Shown: in pieces, positions 13,484 through 26,005 of the stretch | How positions within the stretch are numbered: the first letter of the stretch is position 1 | Layout of the letters: each line of letters opens with the position of its first letter | Assembly (NCBI GenBank): GCA_951406725.2 | Contig: OX597814.1 | Coordinates: 12,276,001 to 12,340,000 of the forward strand | Source: Octopus vulgaris | Lineage: Eukaryota | Length of the DNA stretch: 64,000 nt | Direction of reading: 5' to 3' | Notes under the pieces: model-generated | The model's input: only the letters and a program-made list of their open reading frames with translations | Told to the model about the DNA's origin: nothing | Database searches by the model: none | Program-made: the position numbers and the translations under genes

Positions 13484-13625
13484 ATTTATATATATGCTCA
13501 TCGTTCCGTTCATGCACATCAATCTTTCTGTGAGAAAAGTTTGCCAGCCCTTCGCTCAACCCTTCTTCATTTCTGAAGAAACTAAGTGAATTGTCTCTTG
13601 CAACCCTTTTAGCAGCACAACCTAC

Positions 13626-13699
<74 letters not shown>

Positions 13700-13854
13700 T
13701 GAGGGGAGAAAATGAGAGAAAGAGAGAGAAATTAACTTCAGCATTTTATTGAGCACGTAAAAGCGAAGGATTCGAACTCAGAGAGTGAAGAGCAGAAAGA
13801 AATTATGTTAAGCATTCTAATTGACTCACGCACTTTTACGCGACCTAGAACGGC

Positions 13855-14115
13855 TATATTCGTTTTCTGGTTTTTTAACCATCCACCTTCTTTCTTGCTT
13901 TTTTTACTTTTACTCTCATCCTGTCGTCCCATCTTTAGTTCGTTATGCTGTGTGGACAGTGTCTGATGATTGTGCTAGGATACCAGATGTGTTAAAAACA
14001 CTGTTTAGCATGCACTCAGCACATGAAACATATTGTGTTTATTAAATAATATTTATCTCTCATCAGATAGAGTACTTTTTTATTGATCCTACCAACATGG
14101 AACCGTACACTACAT
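13855..14115 (+). mobile_element. Penelope-pLTR-like module with a hammerhead whose stem III is deleted
   Basis: Homologous to 51620-51870 (-) and 52065-52280 (+); CTGATGA at 13963 and GAAAC at 14025. Confidence 0.65.
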
Positions 14116-14234
<119 letters not shown>

Positions 14235-14507
14235 AACTCATGCCAAAATACATATTTATGTGTGTATGTGTATAAGATTAACGTTAAGTTCGATTATTGT
14301 CAGATGCCAGCTATCGCTCGCTGTCTCAATCAGGAGTAGCGCTGATGTGTCGTTGGAAATGATTTAAGATCCTGATATCTGGAGCGGTCGTTGAAGAGGG
14401 TTCTCAACTGGAGAAACGTAACCAACAATTAATTTCACATCCTTATAACCTTATAACTCCGATATCCTTAACAAAATTCTGCGAGAGAGAGAGAAAGAAA
14501 GATAGAG

Positions 14508-14545
<38 letters not shown>

Positions 14546-14551
<6 letters not shown>

Positions 14552-14735
14552 AGGAGAGTTTACGAAAAAAACAAAAGACAAAGACAGGTGGTGTACAAAA
14601 CAAACAGATGTATTAGTATAACGCTCAGGAATAGAAAAAGTATTTTACGTTTCGAGCCTACGCTCTTCTACAGAAAGGGATTCAGAAAAAACAAGGAGAG
14701 AAAAATATGTGTGTAGTGGCTAACGATCTATCATG
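14546..14735 (-). mobile_element. Short pLTR-like module with a minimal hammerhead-like motif
   Basis: Minus strand TTT-CTGTAGA-A-GAGC-GTAG-GCTC-GAAA-CG-TA-AAA; related to 32146-32340 (shared TTCCTGAGCGT). Confidence 0.5.
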
Positions 14736-17700
14736 ATATATATGGTTTATCCTAATACGCAAAGTAACACTATTTTCCTCTTCGAAATTGGAAATATGGC
14801 TTTCGGAACTCGTATTTTCATTTTCTTGATAGTCAACTAATATTTTTATCACTATTTCACGCTGTAATATTGAGACGTAACATTGTGCAAAATTTCAAAA
14901 TATGTATACACACTAGAAACTGTGTGTATATAAATATGTGAATAATTGGAATGCTATAAGCACATGGAATATTATAGTATTGCCAGGACTGCAACAGTAA
15001 ACATAAGGATACTAAATAAATAAATAAATACAATCTCTGTTTACTAAGAAATTATAATACCCTATTTCTTTAAAATAAATTCTCTTTCAAGTGGATTAAA
15101 TCACAAGACAAATTCTCTAGAGCTAATACACTAGAGTTAAGTTTTCACCATTAAAAAAAGCATAACTTAAAACTCATACTCTCAGATTGTATGCTTTTTT
15201 CGATATCTAATTCATTTTAAGATAAAAATCAGACGCTACGCATTATTGTGAATCAACATGTTTTCTGAGCATAATCCAAATCATCGTCTGCTTGTATCGT
15301 ATGTCTACAGCTGCATTACGTCCATGGGCGATGCGTAGCTTTCAGCAGTCATGTTCGTTTTGCTGTGAATAGAAACTGTAGGGTGTTTTTGTTGTTTAAT
15401 CCCAAATCAACTTTGATCATATCTATCATCAAAGATATTCCTTCTTCAGCAAAGAATACCCAGAACAGTATTATGTAATATAATCTTCCCTCAGATGACA
15501 GGGTGTGATTCAATAAATATTTTACTGCTATTTCTAGGAGTTAACCTCTAATGATCATGCCTTGATGTGGCCATTCAACCTGCTAGAAGTAACAGTCAAA
15601 TTCTCGGCTTAGCACAGAGACTCGGGAATAGAGGGCGGAGGGGATGCAAGTGCATCCCTTAAAAATTTGCTGGGTAATGAAAACACTTTGAACATCTCAA
15701 GTCTCTAGAAAAACTTCATCGTTAAAACGAACGAGCGTAGAAACGTTTTTGGACCAATTTTGAAACATTACCTTTCCATTATTGGATGTGTCTTATTTGA
15801 TTGTGTACAAATATAATAATAATTGTTAGTATTATACCTGTGTTTGTTTTGATATTAAGATCGGCTTTGTTTCTAAAACATTTTGGAACTGGGTTTGCAC
15901 GCTGTATGCAAATTTCGTTGCTGCACTTATGACTCAGCACATGAATTCGGCATAAAAATTAAATAACACTTTAGATATGATATGCAAAGTTAGTATAGTA
16001 ATTTTTAGTACAATATTAATAATATATTTAAATTTATATTTTATTATAGATAATATCTTTCATTATTAGTTGAATTACTTTACGGAGGTTCTATCTCTTA
16101 ATTCTCTCTCTATATATATTCAATATGTATAATTTAAAGAAGAAGGAAACAAATTCAAGGTAGAACCAGCTTATCAGTTCATTTAAGTTGGTTTAATGTT
16201 GAAACGAAGTAAGCAAAAGTAAATAATAATGTCTAACAGTTGTTTCAGGAATATCTCAGGTAATGGATTAATGTGTTGATCCATATTTCCATATACTGGG
16301 TATTCCGCCATCGGAGACAAAATATAGCGTAGAAATAAGAGAATATATAAGCAGGAAACTTTTATGAGATGTAGAAAGAAATTTGATGTAGCGAAATGTG
16401 AAGCAAAGTATGAAGCTCAAGGCTCGTTATTGGTCAGAGTTCATCCTATTCTGGAGGGTATGAGGGTTTATCCACATTTCCGTAAAGGTGCACCTCCTTA
16501 CGTGTATTCCTAGGTAAGTTCAGAAAGCGCTGAAAGACAGTGCTGAGCTTCATCGCGCCCACTATTTTATCTAAATGCACAAATGTACTACATAGCTAAT
16601 CCTAGTTAAGTAGTGCAACAGATGCCTTATATGATTAGCCATATCCAAATTGCAGTGATGTGTTCAACTATTCCTATTGGTCTTAAATGCATATAATCTT
16701 CGGCTATTAGACTTGTGAATAAAAGCAGTTGTAGTCTTTGTTTCATTTCAAATGGTGGACATTGGGAAATGTAACTAGACGTAGTTATAGTATATTATCA
16801 TAAGAGATTATGTTGCAAAGAGTAGACTTGATTAGTTTTAAGTTGTCAAGTTCATTGGCAAAACATCTTGTCATTAATAGGTTACATAAGCGTGTGTAAT
16901 TCATCACCTTAATTAGATTTAGTACACCGCAATGATTGTCTTAGTATATATCCTTGAATTAAAAAAACCTTTTATTGGTGGGGCTTATAGAAACAGAGGC
17001 TTCACCAAAGTACACAATGTCGTTACATGGACTTCATCTGATATCTCTACAACTTGGCTCCACTCATACACGTACACCAGAAGATCGCTTAAACCGCCAG
17101 AAAAATCTGTGAAATATCCATCAAAACATACTTTATCTTTTTAAAAAGAGGAAGGAACATTAGATAAACTGGTCCCGGTGATGCTATGTTTGAATAAATT
17201 AGAGCAATATCTTTGCCTGATAGGTTATGATCATAGTCTGCTCAATCAAGCCTGAACTCTAGTTCAACAACAAACTAGTAGACATGATTTACATCAGTCA
17301 GTTAAAATACAACCAGAAGAGATGAGTTTCACTGCAGATTTTCGCAAGTCTGTTATACCAAGACGGAACACTTGTTTTAAAATTTTGATTAGATGTTTTC
17401 CATATTTGAAAGATTTTTTTAAATACAGTGTAAAAAAAACAACAGTGTTTATTAAACCTTGTATTTCAGTCGCTTATTGTTTTATTTCGTTTATATTTTA
17501 TATCAGGGTTAGGGTTAGGGTTATTGATGAATTTGTTTATAAATGCGAAAGTTGTAAGCTCCACGTTTCCAATTGTTTTATTTGTTATACAAATACGAGA
17601 CTCTCCTCCCAGCTCACCATGCATTTAAAGCAAGCAAAGGAAAACTTTCAGTGCACTGCGACACACAATGCAAAACAGAACTAGATAGGTAAATATTAGT

Positions 17701-17974
17701 AAGCAACACATCAACACTCTACAAAATCCACCACGAAAAAGACTATTTATAACGTAAACAATACTCCCAGCACGGGTCAATGCTAACTTAAACACTCAGC
17801 TAATATACACACATCGCAAACAAAAGAGTATAAATAATACCGTACTGAGAGTTGATATGTAAATCTAACGGTTAAAAATTCAAATTTCAGTGCTAATGTT
17901 AATATCAATCTCACAGGTTGGTCCTGTTATAAAGCGGGAACGACAAACATTTTATACGCTTCAAGCAAAATATC

Positions 17975-18253
17975 ACTCTTTTAGTCTTTTACCTGTTTCA
18001 GTAATTTGACTGCGGCCATGCTGGAGCACCACCTTTAGTCGAAGAAATCGACCCCAGGACTTATTTTTTGTAAGCCTAGTCCTTTGCTTATTCTATCGGT
18101 CTCTTCTGTCGAACCGCCAATGACGGAGACGTAAACACACCATCATTGGTCGTCAAGCGATGTTGGAGGACAAACACAGACACACAAACATATACACATA
18201 CATACATACATAGTAACATACATACATACACACATACACACACACATACACTT

Positions 18254-18286
<33 letters not shown>

Positions 18287-18452
18287 CATAAATACGACGG
18301 GCTTCCTTCAGTTTCCGTCTACCGAATCCACTCACAAGGCTTTGGTTAGCCTGAAGCTATAATAGAAGACACTTGCCCAAGGTGTCACGCAGTGGGACTG
18401 AACCCGAAACCGTGTGGTTGGTAAGCAAGCTACTTACCACACATCCACTCGT
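17975..18452 (-). mobile_element. SINE family B, full length
   Basis: Colinear with 54020-54432. Confidence 0.88.
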
Positions 18453-18720
18453 GAATATTTTTTAGGAAAGTTTAAGTTTTGTTTAGAAACGTTATATTTT
18501 CAAGCATATCTCAAGGAAATCATATTAAAATACTTTAATTAAAAACATAAAACTAGATCACTGTCATGTCTTCAATACTGTGTGTATGTTTGGATGTGAT
18601 GCGTGTATGTGGGCGTGCATCTTTCGCCAATGTATATCGGTGAACAAGGCAAAGGTCGTTGAGATAAGCAACAAAACTAATACCTTCAAACAAAAATACT
18701 TTATGTTATATATTCAACCT

Positions 18721-18793
18721 GGGACACTCGCCACGGGACACTCACTACGGGACACTCACCACGGGACACTCGCCACGGGACACTCTCCAGGGA
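18721..18793. repeat. Minisatellite, 14-bp unit GGGACACTCRCCAC, about 5 copies
   Basis: Direct reading. Confidence 0.9.
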
Positions 18794-19202
18794 GAGTACA
18801 GTGCTGCCAGTTGTAAACTTACTAACGCCGCTATTGTTTACAAATTATATGAATGAAAATATACATAAGTGACGTAACCATGTAAAGAGTCGAGCCTAAG
18901 AGTTCTGTTCTAAAAGCTACTATACATTAAGTTAACACTAATCAGTATATCTAATTTTGAACGAAGAAAAAGGGAGAATCTACGTAATTGTGTGGGCTAC
19001 ATATATATGCTATATTACCCACATCTTTTCCAAATCATTTCCTACCTTATTGAAAAGACCCCGAGGAAAGTTGCTTTGGATAATGTAGTCTTAGCTAAAC
19101 CGCGTCTGAAATGATAGAGCAAGGACACAAATGCTGACTTGGCTGCCATACTTTTAGGGATAGCATAAAAACAGAGTAAAGGCTACCTACTATAACATGA
19201 GT

Positions 19203-19460
19203 GGAGGCGCATGGCTTCGTGGTTAGGGTGTCAGCACCATGATCGTAAGATTGTGGTTTCGATTCCTGGACCGGGCGACGCGTTGTGTTCTTGAGCAAAA
19301 CACTTCATTTTACGTTGTTCCAGTCCACTCAGCTGACAAAAATGAGTAACGCTGCGATGGACTGGTGTCCCATCCAGCTGAGGAACACATGCGCCATAGA
19401 AACCGGGAAACCGAGCCCATGAGCCTGGCTAGGCTTTAAAGGGGCACATTTATTTTTTGT
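19203..19460 (+). mobile_element. tRNA-headed SINE family D
   Basis: A-box-like TGGCTTCGTGG and B-box-like GTTTCGATTCC; homologous copies at 2300 and 25760. Confidence 0.8.
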
Positions 19461-20159
19461 TTTACTATAACATGATAAATTTTAATTCACAAAGAGTGAA
19501 TTTAAAAAAAATTATCTAGTCTCTAAACAGCTCAACTGAGACTCACAATGAGTTACTGCTCTGACATCTGGGACACTATTGCTGGAATACATAGGGGTAT
19601 AGTAGACTGCAACTAGTGAAAGGGCACACGACTGGTTGGTAGGAAATCACTCATCAACATACTTCATCATCTCATCATCTGGCCCATATAAGTGGTGTCT
19701 CGTCTTTGCTTTATTTTCTTTTGCTTCAACTATAATGCCTTTGCTCATCGGGGCTAGCTAGCTCGTTCAAGCTCGTCAGACTAATTTGTCTCTTTTTCTT
19801 CACATCTTCTATATTATATCTTCCATATTAGTTTTCACGTTCTGTCCGTCCTCCCCAAAACACGAATTCTCTGAAATTCCTTCTCGGTCTACTTTTTTTC
19901 TTTGGTTTTTATTTTTACAGTCGTCGACTTGCAACTGTTCAAGGGAAACATTAACCTCGGCGATCTCGCTGATTGTCGTTGCGGAAGACTTGCGATGTCC
20001 ATGGGAACAAACTTTCATAAAGGCCAGACCTATAAAAATATATGCACCACAAAATATGCCATTTTGAAATGTTAGAAACCCAATTTATTCCTCTCTCAAC
20101 CAAGGTGTTATCTACGAAAATATATTTGGATATATATGAGGTATCATATTATGTCTCTA

Positions 20160-20372
20160 GTAGGGCGGTGCATTTGCAAAACCATTAGAACGTCGGCCAA
20201 AATTCTTTGCAGTATTTGTTCCTGTTTTCTAGTTCTGAGGTTCCATCTTGCCAGGTTCACCTTTGTCTTTCATTTCCTCCAGAGTCAATGAATTAAAATT
20301 CCGGCGCAGTACCGCGGTCGATTAACCCTCTCCCATTAAATAGCTGGCCTTGTGTCTAAATTAAAAGCAATA
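20160..20372 (+). mobile_element. Old SINE family A copy
   Basis: Diverged head and core; tail GCTGGCCTTGTGTCTAAATT. Confidence 0.55.
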
Positions 20373-20385
20373 TTTTATATATGTA

Positions 20386-20448
<63 letters not shown>

Positions 20449-20789
20449 GTTGGGATTTATAGTGCCTGCGTATGTCTGTATAAAGAGTGTGAGGGTGTAT
20501 GCATACACAAGCCCATTTAACTTTCAGTAAACCATAAAATAAAGCATAGATGGCCGAAGAACTTGAGGTTGCTAGATTTACTTAAGCCGTGTAGAGATGT
20601 AAGCGTAATAGAGATAATATTTTTCCAAAATGAAACAGAATGCGCCAATATATTTATGACTTTCCATTTTGTCAACTGTGCATGGCAGCAATTCGCTTTT
20701 TTCAACGACTTAAATCTATCCACACTTTTATTTCTGTTGCTCCTATAACGAAAGATATTTACGTGGTCACTCAGCCTGCGAGAAATACT

Positions 20790-21402
20790 GATTTCAAATT
20801 TTAGCACAAGGCCAACAACTTCAAGGGCGGTGGAAAGTCGATTAGAATGAACTCAGTGTTCAACTTGTACTTATTATATCGAGTGTGGAGGCGCAATGGC
20901 CCAGTGGTTAGGGCAGTGGACTCGCGGTCGTAGGATCGCGGTTTCGATTCCCAGACCGGGCGTTGTGAGTGTTTATTGAGCGAAAACACCTAAAAGCTCC
21001 ACGAGGCTTCGGCAGGGGGTGGTGGTGATCCCTGCTGTACTCTTTCACCACAACTTTCTCTCACTCTTACTTCCTGTTTCTGTTGTACCTGTATTTCAAG
21101 GGGCCGGCCTTGTCATTCTCTGTGTCACGCTGAATATCCCCGAGAACTACGTTAAGGGTACACGTGTCTGTGGAGTGCTCGGCTACTCACACGTTAATTT
21201 CACGAGCAGGCTGTTCCGTTGATCTGATCAACCGGAACCCTCGTCGTCGTAACCGACGGAGTGCTTCCATCCACTATATCGAGCCCGGAAGGATGAAAGG
21301 CAAAGTCAACTTCGGCGGAATTTGAATCTAGAACGTGAAGGCAGACGAAATGCTGCGAAACATTTTGCTCGGCGCGATAACGATTCTGCCAGCTCACCGC
21401 CT
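20790..21402 (-). mobile_element. SINE family A interrupted by a family C insertion
   Basis: Family A tail at 20790-20885 and head/core at 21275-21402. Confidence 0.75.
20886..21270 (+). mobile_element. tRNA-headed SINE family C, nested, with TSD TATATCGAG
   Basis: TGGCCCAGTGG A box and GGTTTCGATTCC B box; head shared with 38134; TATATCGAG flanks both sides. Confidence 0.85.
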
Positions 21403-22195
21403 TAGTCTGCTAAAAATACTAGCTAAATTTTCTTAAAATCATCTTGAGGCTTCGCAACATTCCTGTATTCTAAGCTAATTATTTCTGATGCTAAAAACAT
21501 AGAAAAATTTACTACATTCGCCTTTTTGTTTTTTATTACTTGAATATGTGGTCAGTGTTCCTTAATATTTAAATTATATTTATACGTGTGTATATCATGT
21601 ATTCATAATATTTATGTGTGTACGCTGGTCTAAAGCATATATTATTTCTTGAGGAGAAGTGGGAAAGAAAACTGGTGTGAATGATGTATAACGTAAAGAA
21701 ATGATGGTGAAGGGAAATAAAAACATTGTGAGATGTTAAGAAAAAGAAAAGAAAAAAAAACAGGTACGGGGTCAAGGAAGGATAGGGGATAAAGAAAACA
21801 AGAATGAAAATGGGAGAGCAAAACAGAGGAGGGAAAATGGAAATAGCGAAAAATAATAGGCATTTAAGTGCAGTTTCTTTTCTTTCTTTTTGTAATTCAA
21901 ACTATTTTAACATTCCAACTAATATAAATTATGTTGTAAAATGCACACTGAACAATTCTGCTCTTATTGCTGCCATTTCGGTTGAAAAATGTAAAAGGTT
22001 GTCACACCATGATACGACTTAACATTAATAGCTGAGCCGAAAGACAACTGTTTTACCAGCTCGACATTTCGTACTTGACAAACCCTCAGTAACCAGACAC
22101 GTAGCAGTAGGTGGCTACAAAAATCACTCAGATGTTGTCTGCTAAATCAGGTAGTTTTACGTATCGTTCCAATTCTGAAAATATACGAAAATAAC

Positions 22196-22244
<49 letters not shown>

Positions 22245-22629
22245 AAAAAAAATACTGAATGCCAAGTAAGTCTGCACTTTTGAAAAATATCCTTATTTGT
22301 GAATCTATTACCATGTTTGTTCATATGGTTTGTTTCAATCCGTTACACAATTTTGTTTTTGTCTTTTTCTCCTCATGCATGGTAAATTTTAAACACTTTA
22401 CCGTGCATGAAGAATTGTTTGTATAATACCACACAAGACTACTTAAGATGGAATCGTTGTTGCTATTTTGCTGTAACTAGTGTTGTTGTTGTTACTGTTG
22501 CTTTACTTTTGCGTTTTGTGTATGTGGTTTCCCCCCCCCCCCTTCTGATTCATTTTTTTCATCTTTAGACTGCAAACTCAGAAAATAATAGGCTATATGA
22601 TATCCTGTTTGTTTGTTTACAAATCAAGC

Positions 22630-22691
22630 AATAAGAACAACAACAACAACAGCAACTATTACTACTACTACTAGTACTACTACCACCACCG

Positions 22692-22726
<35 letters not shown>

Positions 22727-22780
22727 GTCGTCGCCGCCGCCGCCTCCTCCTCCACCACCACCACCACCACCACCACCACC
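22630..22780. repeat. Compound trinucleotide repeat (AAC/ACT/GCC/TCC/ACC)
   Basis: Direct reading. Confidence 0.95.
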
Positions 22781-23050
22781 ATGTCATGTAGCCAGGGTTC
22801 TGAGACCTTCAGGAGATTGCAGTAGGCAGCTGCGGTCACCTTAACCCCCTTCAGACACCCTGATTGGCCAGCAAGTCTGTCCCCAATGATACCATCCCAC
22901 AACATGATTCCTCCGCTCTGTTGATGACGTCGTAAATATTAATTATGCTTATCTCCAAAATAGACTCAACCATTTGCCCGACCGTCAGGTCCATAAAGGG
23001 TTGCCATGGTTTCGTCAGTAAACAGAACTCAACTCATGTCTAGTATCATG
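22781..23050 (-). pseudogene. Tc1-family transposase fragment
   Basis: Minus-strand VLFTDETMATLYGPDG...LRRHQQSGGIMLWDGIIGD, matching the Tc1-type FTDE..ATLDGPDG and GG.M.W motifs. Confidence 0.7.
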
Positions 23051-24076
23051 ATGCAGAAAATAAATCAGTTTACTGCGGTTCATCTAATTAGAGGACTTAC
23101 TCAGTCCCTGGTACCCATTACGAATCACAAGTAGTTAAGAATTATCTCCAATACGAACAAACACGCAGCGAAGGACGAAAAAAAATGAAAATCTAAGCTA
23201 AGAGCACTAGATTCCTTGGAAGAAAGCAGCGAATGTATATGAAAACAAGGACGAAAAAAAAAACGGAGAATGTTACACAAATGTAAATAACAGGGCATAT
23301 CAATAGGTGTCTTTCGGCTAAGGACAAATTAAATTAAGTTGGCGTGTGTGGAAGTAAAGCCTTACGACATGGGTACAAGATTTCACAGACACAGGGAGGA
23401 ATATAGATGTTGCACGGACGACGGCCGAACCAAGAATGAAAGGTCAGGCTTGGCCGAACACCAGACACGTGGGGAGAGAGAAAGAGAGGTAGAGGCAGAG
23501 GGACAGAAGAAATAAGGAGGGGCGAGAAAAAATGACGGAAATAAGGAAGGGAAAAGAAGAGGGAAAATGAGCATGAAGAGAAGGCAAGGCAATGTGAGAG
23601 AGGGGAAACGAAAGAACGAAGTAAGCGTGGAAGGGCTGATAGAAAGAAGGAAAGAATAAAAGAATAGAGTCGTACAATATTTAGATAAATATATACTTAC
23701 ATATAAGAGACCAAAGTGTAACATACGCCGCTGCAACGCCGATGCTTGTCATATAACACGGTTCCAATTTTCCAACGAAAATATCACAAGGAGATTTAGA
23801 TGTAAAGTAGAATAAAGTATTAAAAGAAAACTCTGCATTTTGTATCTTAGCTGCCCTTTCCTTAAAACAGGGATGACTCAATACTGGAAATGAAGAAAGA
23901 GGGCAAAGTTGTAATGGAATAGTAGTTAGATAGGAGTGTTAATGTTAGGAAATTAAGAAATGCTGACAGGGCACATCGAACTCTTCTTTTGCTCCCCCGT
24001 TTTCTTTGTCTCTTTCTCTCACTTTTTCCCCACCCATCTTTCACATTACACTCTTATACATACACACACGCAAACA

Positions 24077-24107
<31 letters not shown>

Positions 24108-24222
24108 GAATTTTCGGGTTTTGACAGTTCGCATAAATGGAAAAGAACGCACAATATCCCATCCAAAAATAAATTTAAGTATTTTTTTTTCAGTCAAATG
24201 GTTATGGATGGGAGATAACAGT

Positions 24223-25560
24223 TTACTCAAAGTAGATGGCTTCAGATTCCACCACAGCCTCAATACGGTTCCAGAACCTTGCGCATGCATTCCTTACTGT
24301 GTCCCTGGGAAAATCTCCGAACATATATTTGATCTGGGCCAGCAGCTCGGTTGTTAGTGTTGGAGATACAGCTGTCTGCATCTTTCTCAACTGCATTTCA
24401 TGCATGGTAAACCGTTGCATTATAATCGGAGAAATTAGGAAACCAGGAGTAGGGGATGGTAAAGATTTTCTGACAACTACAACTGAATCTTTCCAGAGGT
24501 GTAGCAAAGAGCCGAATCCTGCTATCACACATATGACCTTCCAGCAGTAATCCTCTCCAGCCAGGGTTTGAGAATAACCAAATAATCCCCGGCTCAACAG
24601 AATGCCCTAGCTAGTAGACGAGCTTTCTTGCCTTCTTCAATCGGTTCATGGATATCAGAATATGTGCCTTGTGCCCCCTGTACGAATGGGAACGAAGGCT
24701 CTCATACAGAGCCAGTTTCACTGTAGCTACTCCAACACCCATCGCTCTCGCCAAAGCTCGGATTCACTTGCGCGGATCTTCCTATTTCTTTACTACCCAC
24801 AAGGGGCTAAACATAAAGAGGACAAACAAGACAGACAAACGGATTAAGTCGATTACATCGACCCCAGTGTGTAACTTGTACTTAATTTATCGACCCCGAA
24901 AGGATGAAAGGCAAAGTCGACCCCGGCGGAATTTGAACTCAGAACGTAATGAAAAACGAAATACCTATTTCTTTACTACCCACAAGGGGCTAAACACAGA
25001 GGGACAGACAAACGGATTAAGTCGATTACATCGACCCTCAGTGCGTAACTGGTACTTAATTTATCGAACCCGAAAGGATGAAAGGCAATGTCGACCACGG
25101 CGCAATTTGAACTGAGAACGTAGCGACAGACGAAATACCTATTTCTTTACTACCCACAAGGGGCTAAACACAGAGGGGACAAACAAGGACAGACAAACGG
25201 ATTAAGTCGATTACATCGACCCCAGTGCGTAACTGGTACTTAATTTATCGACCCCGAAAGGATGAAAGGCAAAGTCGACCACGGCGGAATTTGAACTCAG
25301 AACGTAACGGCAGACGAAATACGGCTACGCATTTCGCCCGGCATGCTAACGTTTCTGCCAGCTCGACTGTTGGATAAACGCGAGCGTGCAGACGCAGTCA
25401 GACCGCCTGCTGTGTTCCTTCCTGCTGGCTACTGTTTCGTAGTCTCCATTGTAGCTGTCCATGTCACGTGTTATAGCCTTTACAGTATTCTCACAACATT
25501 GACCAGCAGTCATTTTGTCGGCGCTGTTTTCCAATATTCAGATGGCTTCTAGTCTTCCGT
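24223..25560 (-). mobile_element. Decayed maT/DD37D-like Tc1-mariner element, interrupted by a SINE array
   Basis: RKEHSRRSDCVCT (about 25400), DPRK*IRALARAMGVG...HSVEPGIIWLFS (24780-24570), C-terminal DTVRNACARFWNRIEAVVESEAIYFE. Confidence 0.7.
24781..25365 (-). mobile_element. SINE family A trimeric head-to-tail array
   Basis: One head plus three 174-184-bp bodies; junctions GAAATACCTATTTC at 24958 and 25132. Confidence 0.92.
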
Positions 25561-25695
25561 GTCAGTTAGTTTTCCCCCAACAACTTTTATCGTTATACTT
25601 TTTAAAGCCATTGGTTGTTCACTTCAATATATCAAGCTATTTGAAAAAAGAAACAAAAAATTGTCAAATTTAGCCTGAAAAACCTGTGTATAGAT

Positions 25696-25759
<64 letters not shown>

Positions 25760-25760
<1 letters not shown>

Positions 25761-26005
25761 GGAACGTGGCTTAGTTATTAATGCGTTGTACTCATGATCG
25801 TAAGAGTGTGGTTTCGGTTTCCGGACGGCGCGATGTGTTGTGTTCTTGAGCAAAACACTTCATTTCTCGTTGCTCCAGTCCACCCAGCAGGTAAAAATGA
25901 GTAATTCTGTAAGGGACCGCGTCCCGTTCACGGAACGAATATATGCACCACAGAATAGGGGAAACCGGCCATATGGGCTTATAGATCGGGAAGGATCTTT
26001 GATTT
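25760..26005 (+). mobile_element. SINE family D
   Basis: Homologous to 19203-19460. Confidence 0.75.

Noticed and set aside
16237-16520. Splice-like sites (TTTCAG, CAG/GTAATG, TAG/GTAAGT)
   Set aside because: No consistent open exon; expected by chance
19203-19275. tRNA-like A and B boxes (also at 20886, 38134, 54020, 63630)
   Set aside because: They are SINE heads continuing into repeat bodies; no convincing cloverleaf or terminator
22373-22410. 14-bp stem hairpin TCATGCATGGTAAA/TTTACCGTGCATGA
   Set aside because: Too short for a pre-miRNA and no supporting context
23290-23375. Possible hammerhead in the 23140-23780 module
   Set aside because: Core too divergent and no stem I
24648-25115. 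Recurrent peptide YLIYRPRKDERQSRPRRNLNSER in many ORFs
   Set aside because: Antisense translation of the SINE A core, not a gene family
24781-25365. Regularly spaced repeats resembling a CRISPR array
   Set aside because: Whole units repeat with no unique spacers; eukaryotic SINE context; no cas genes
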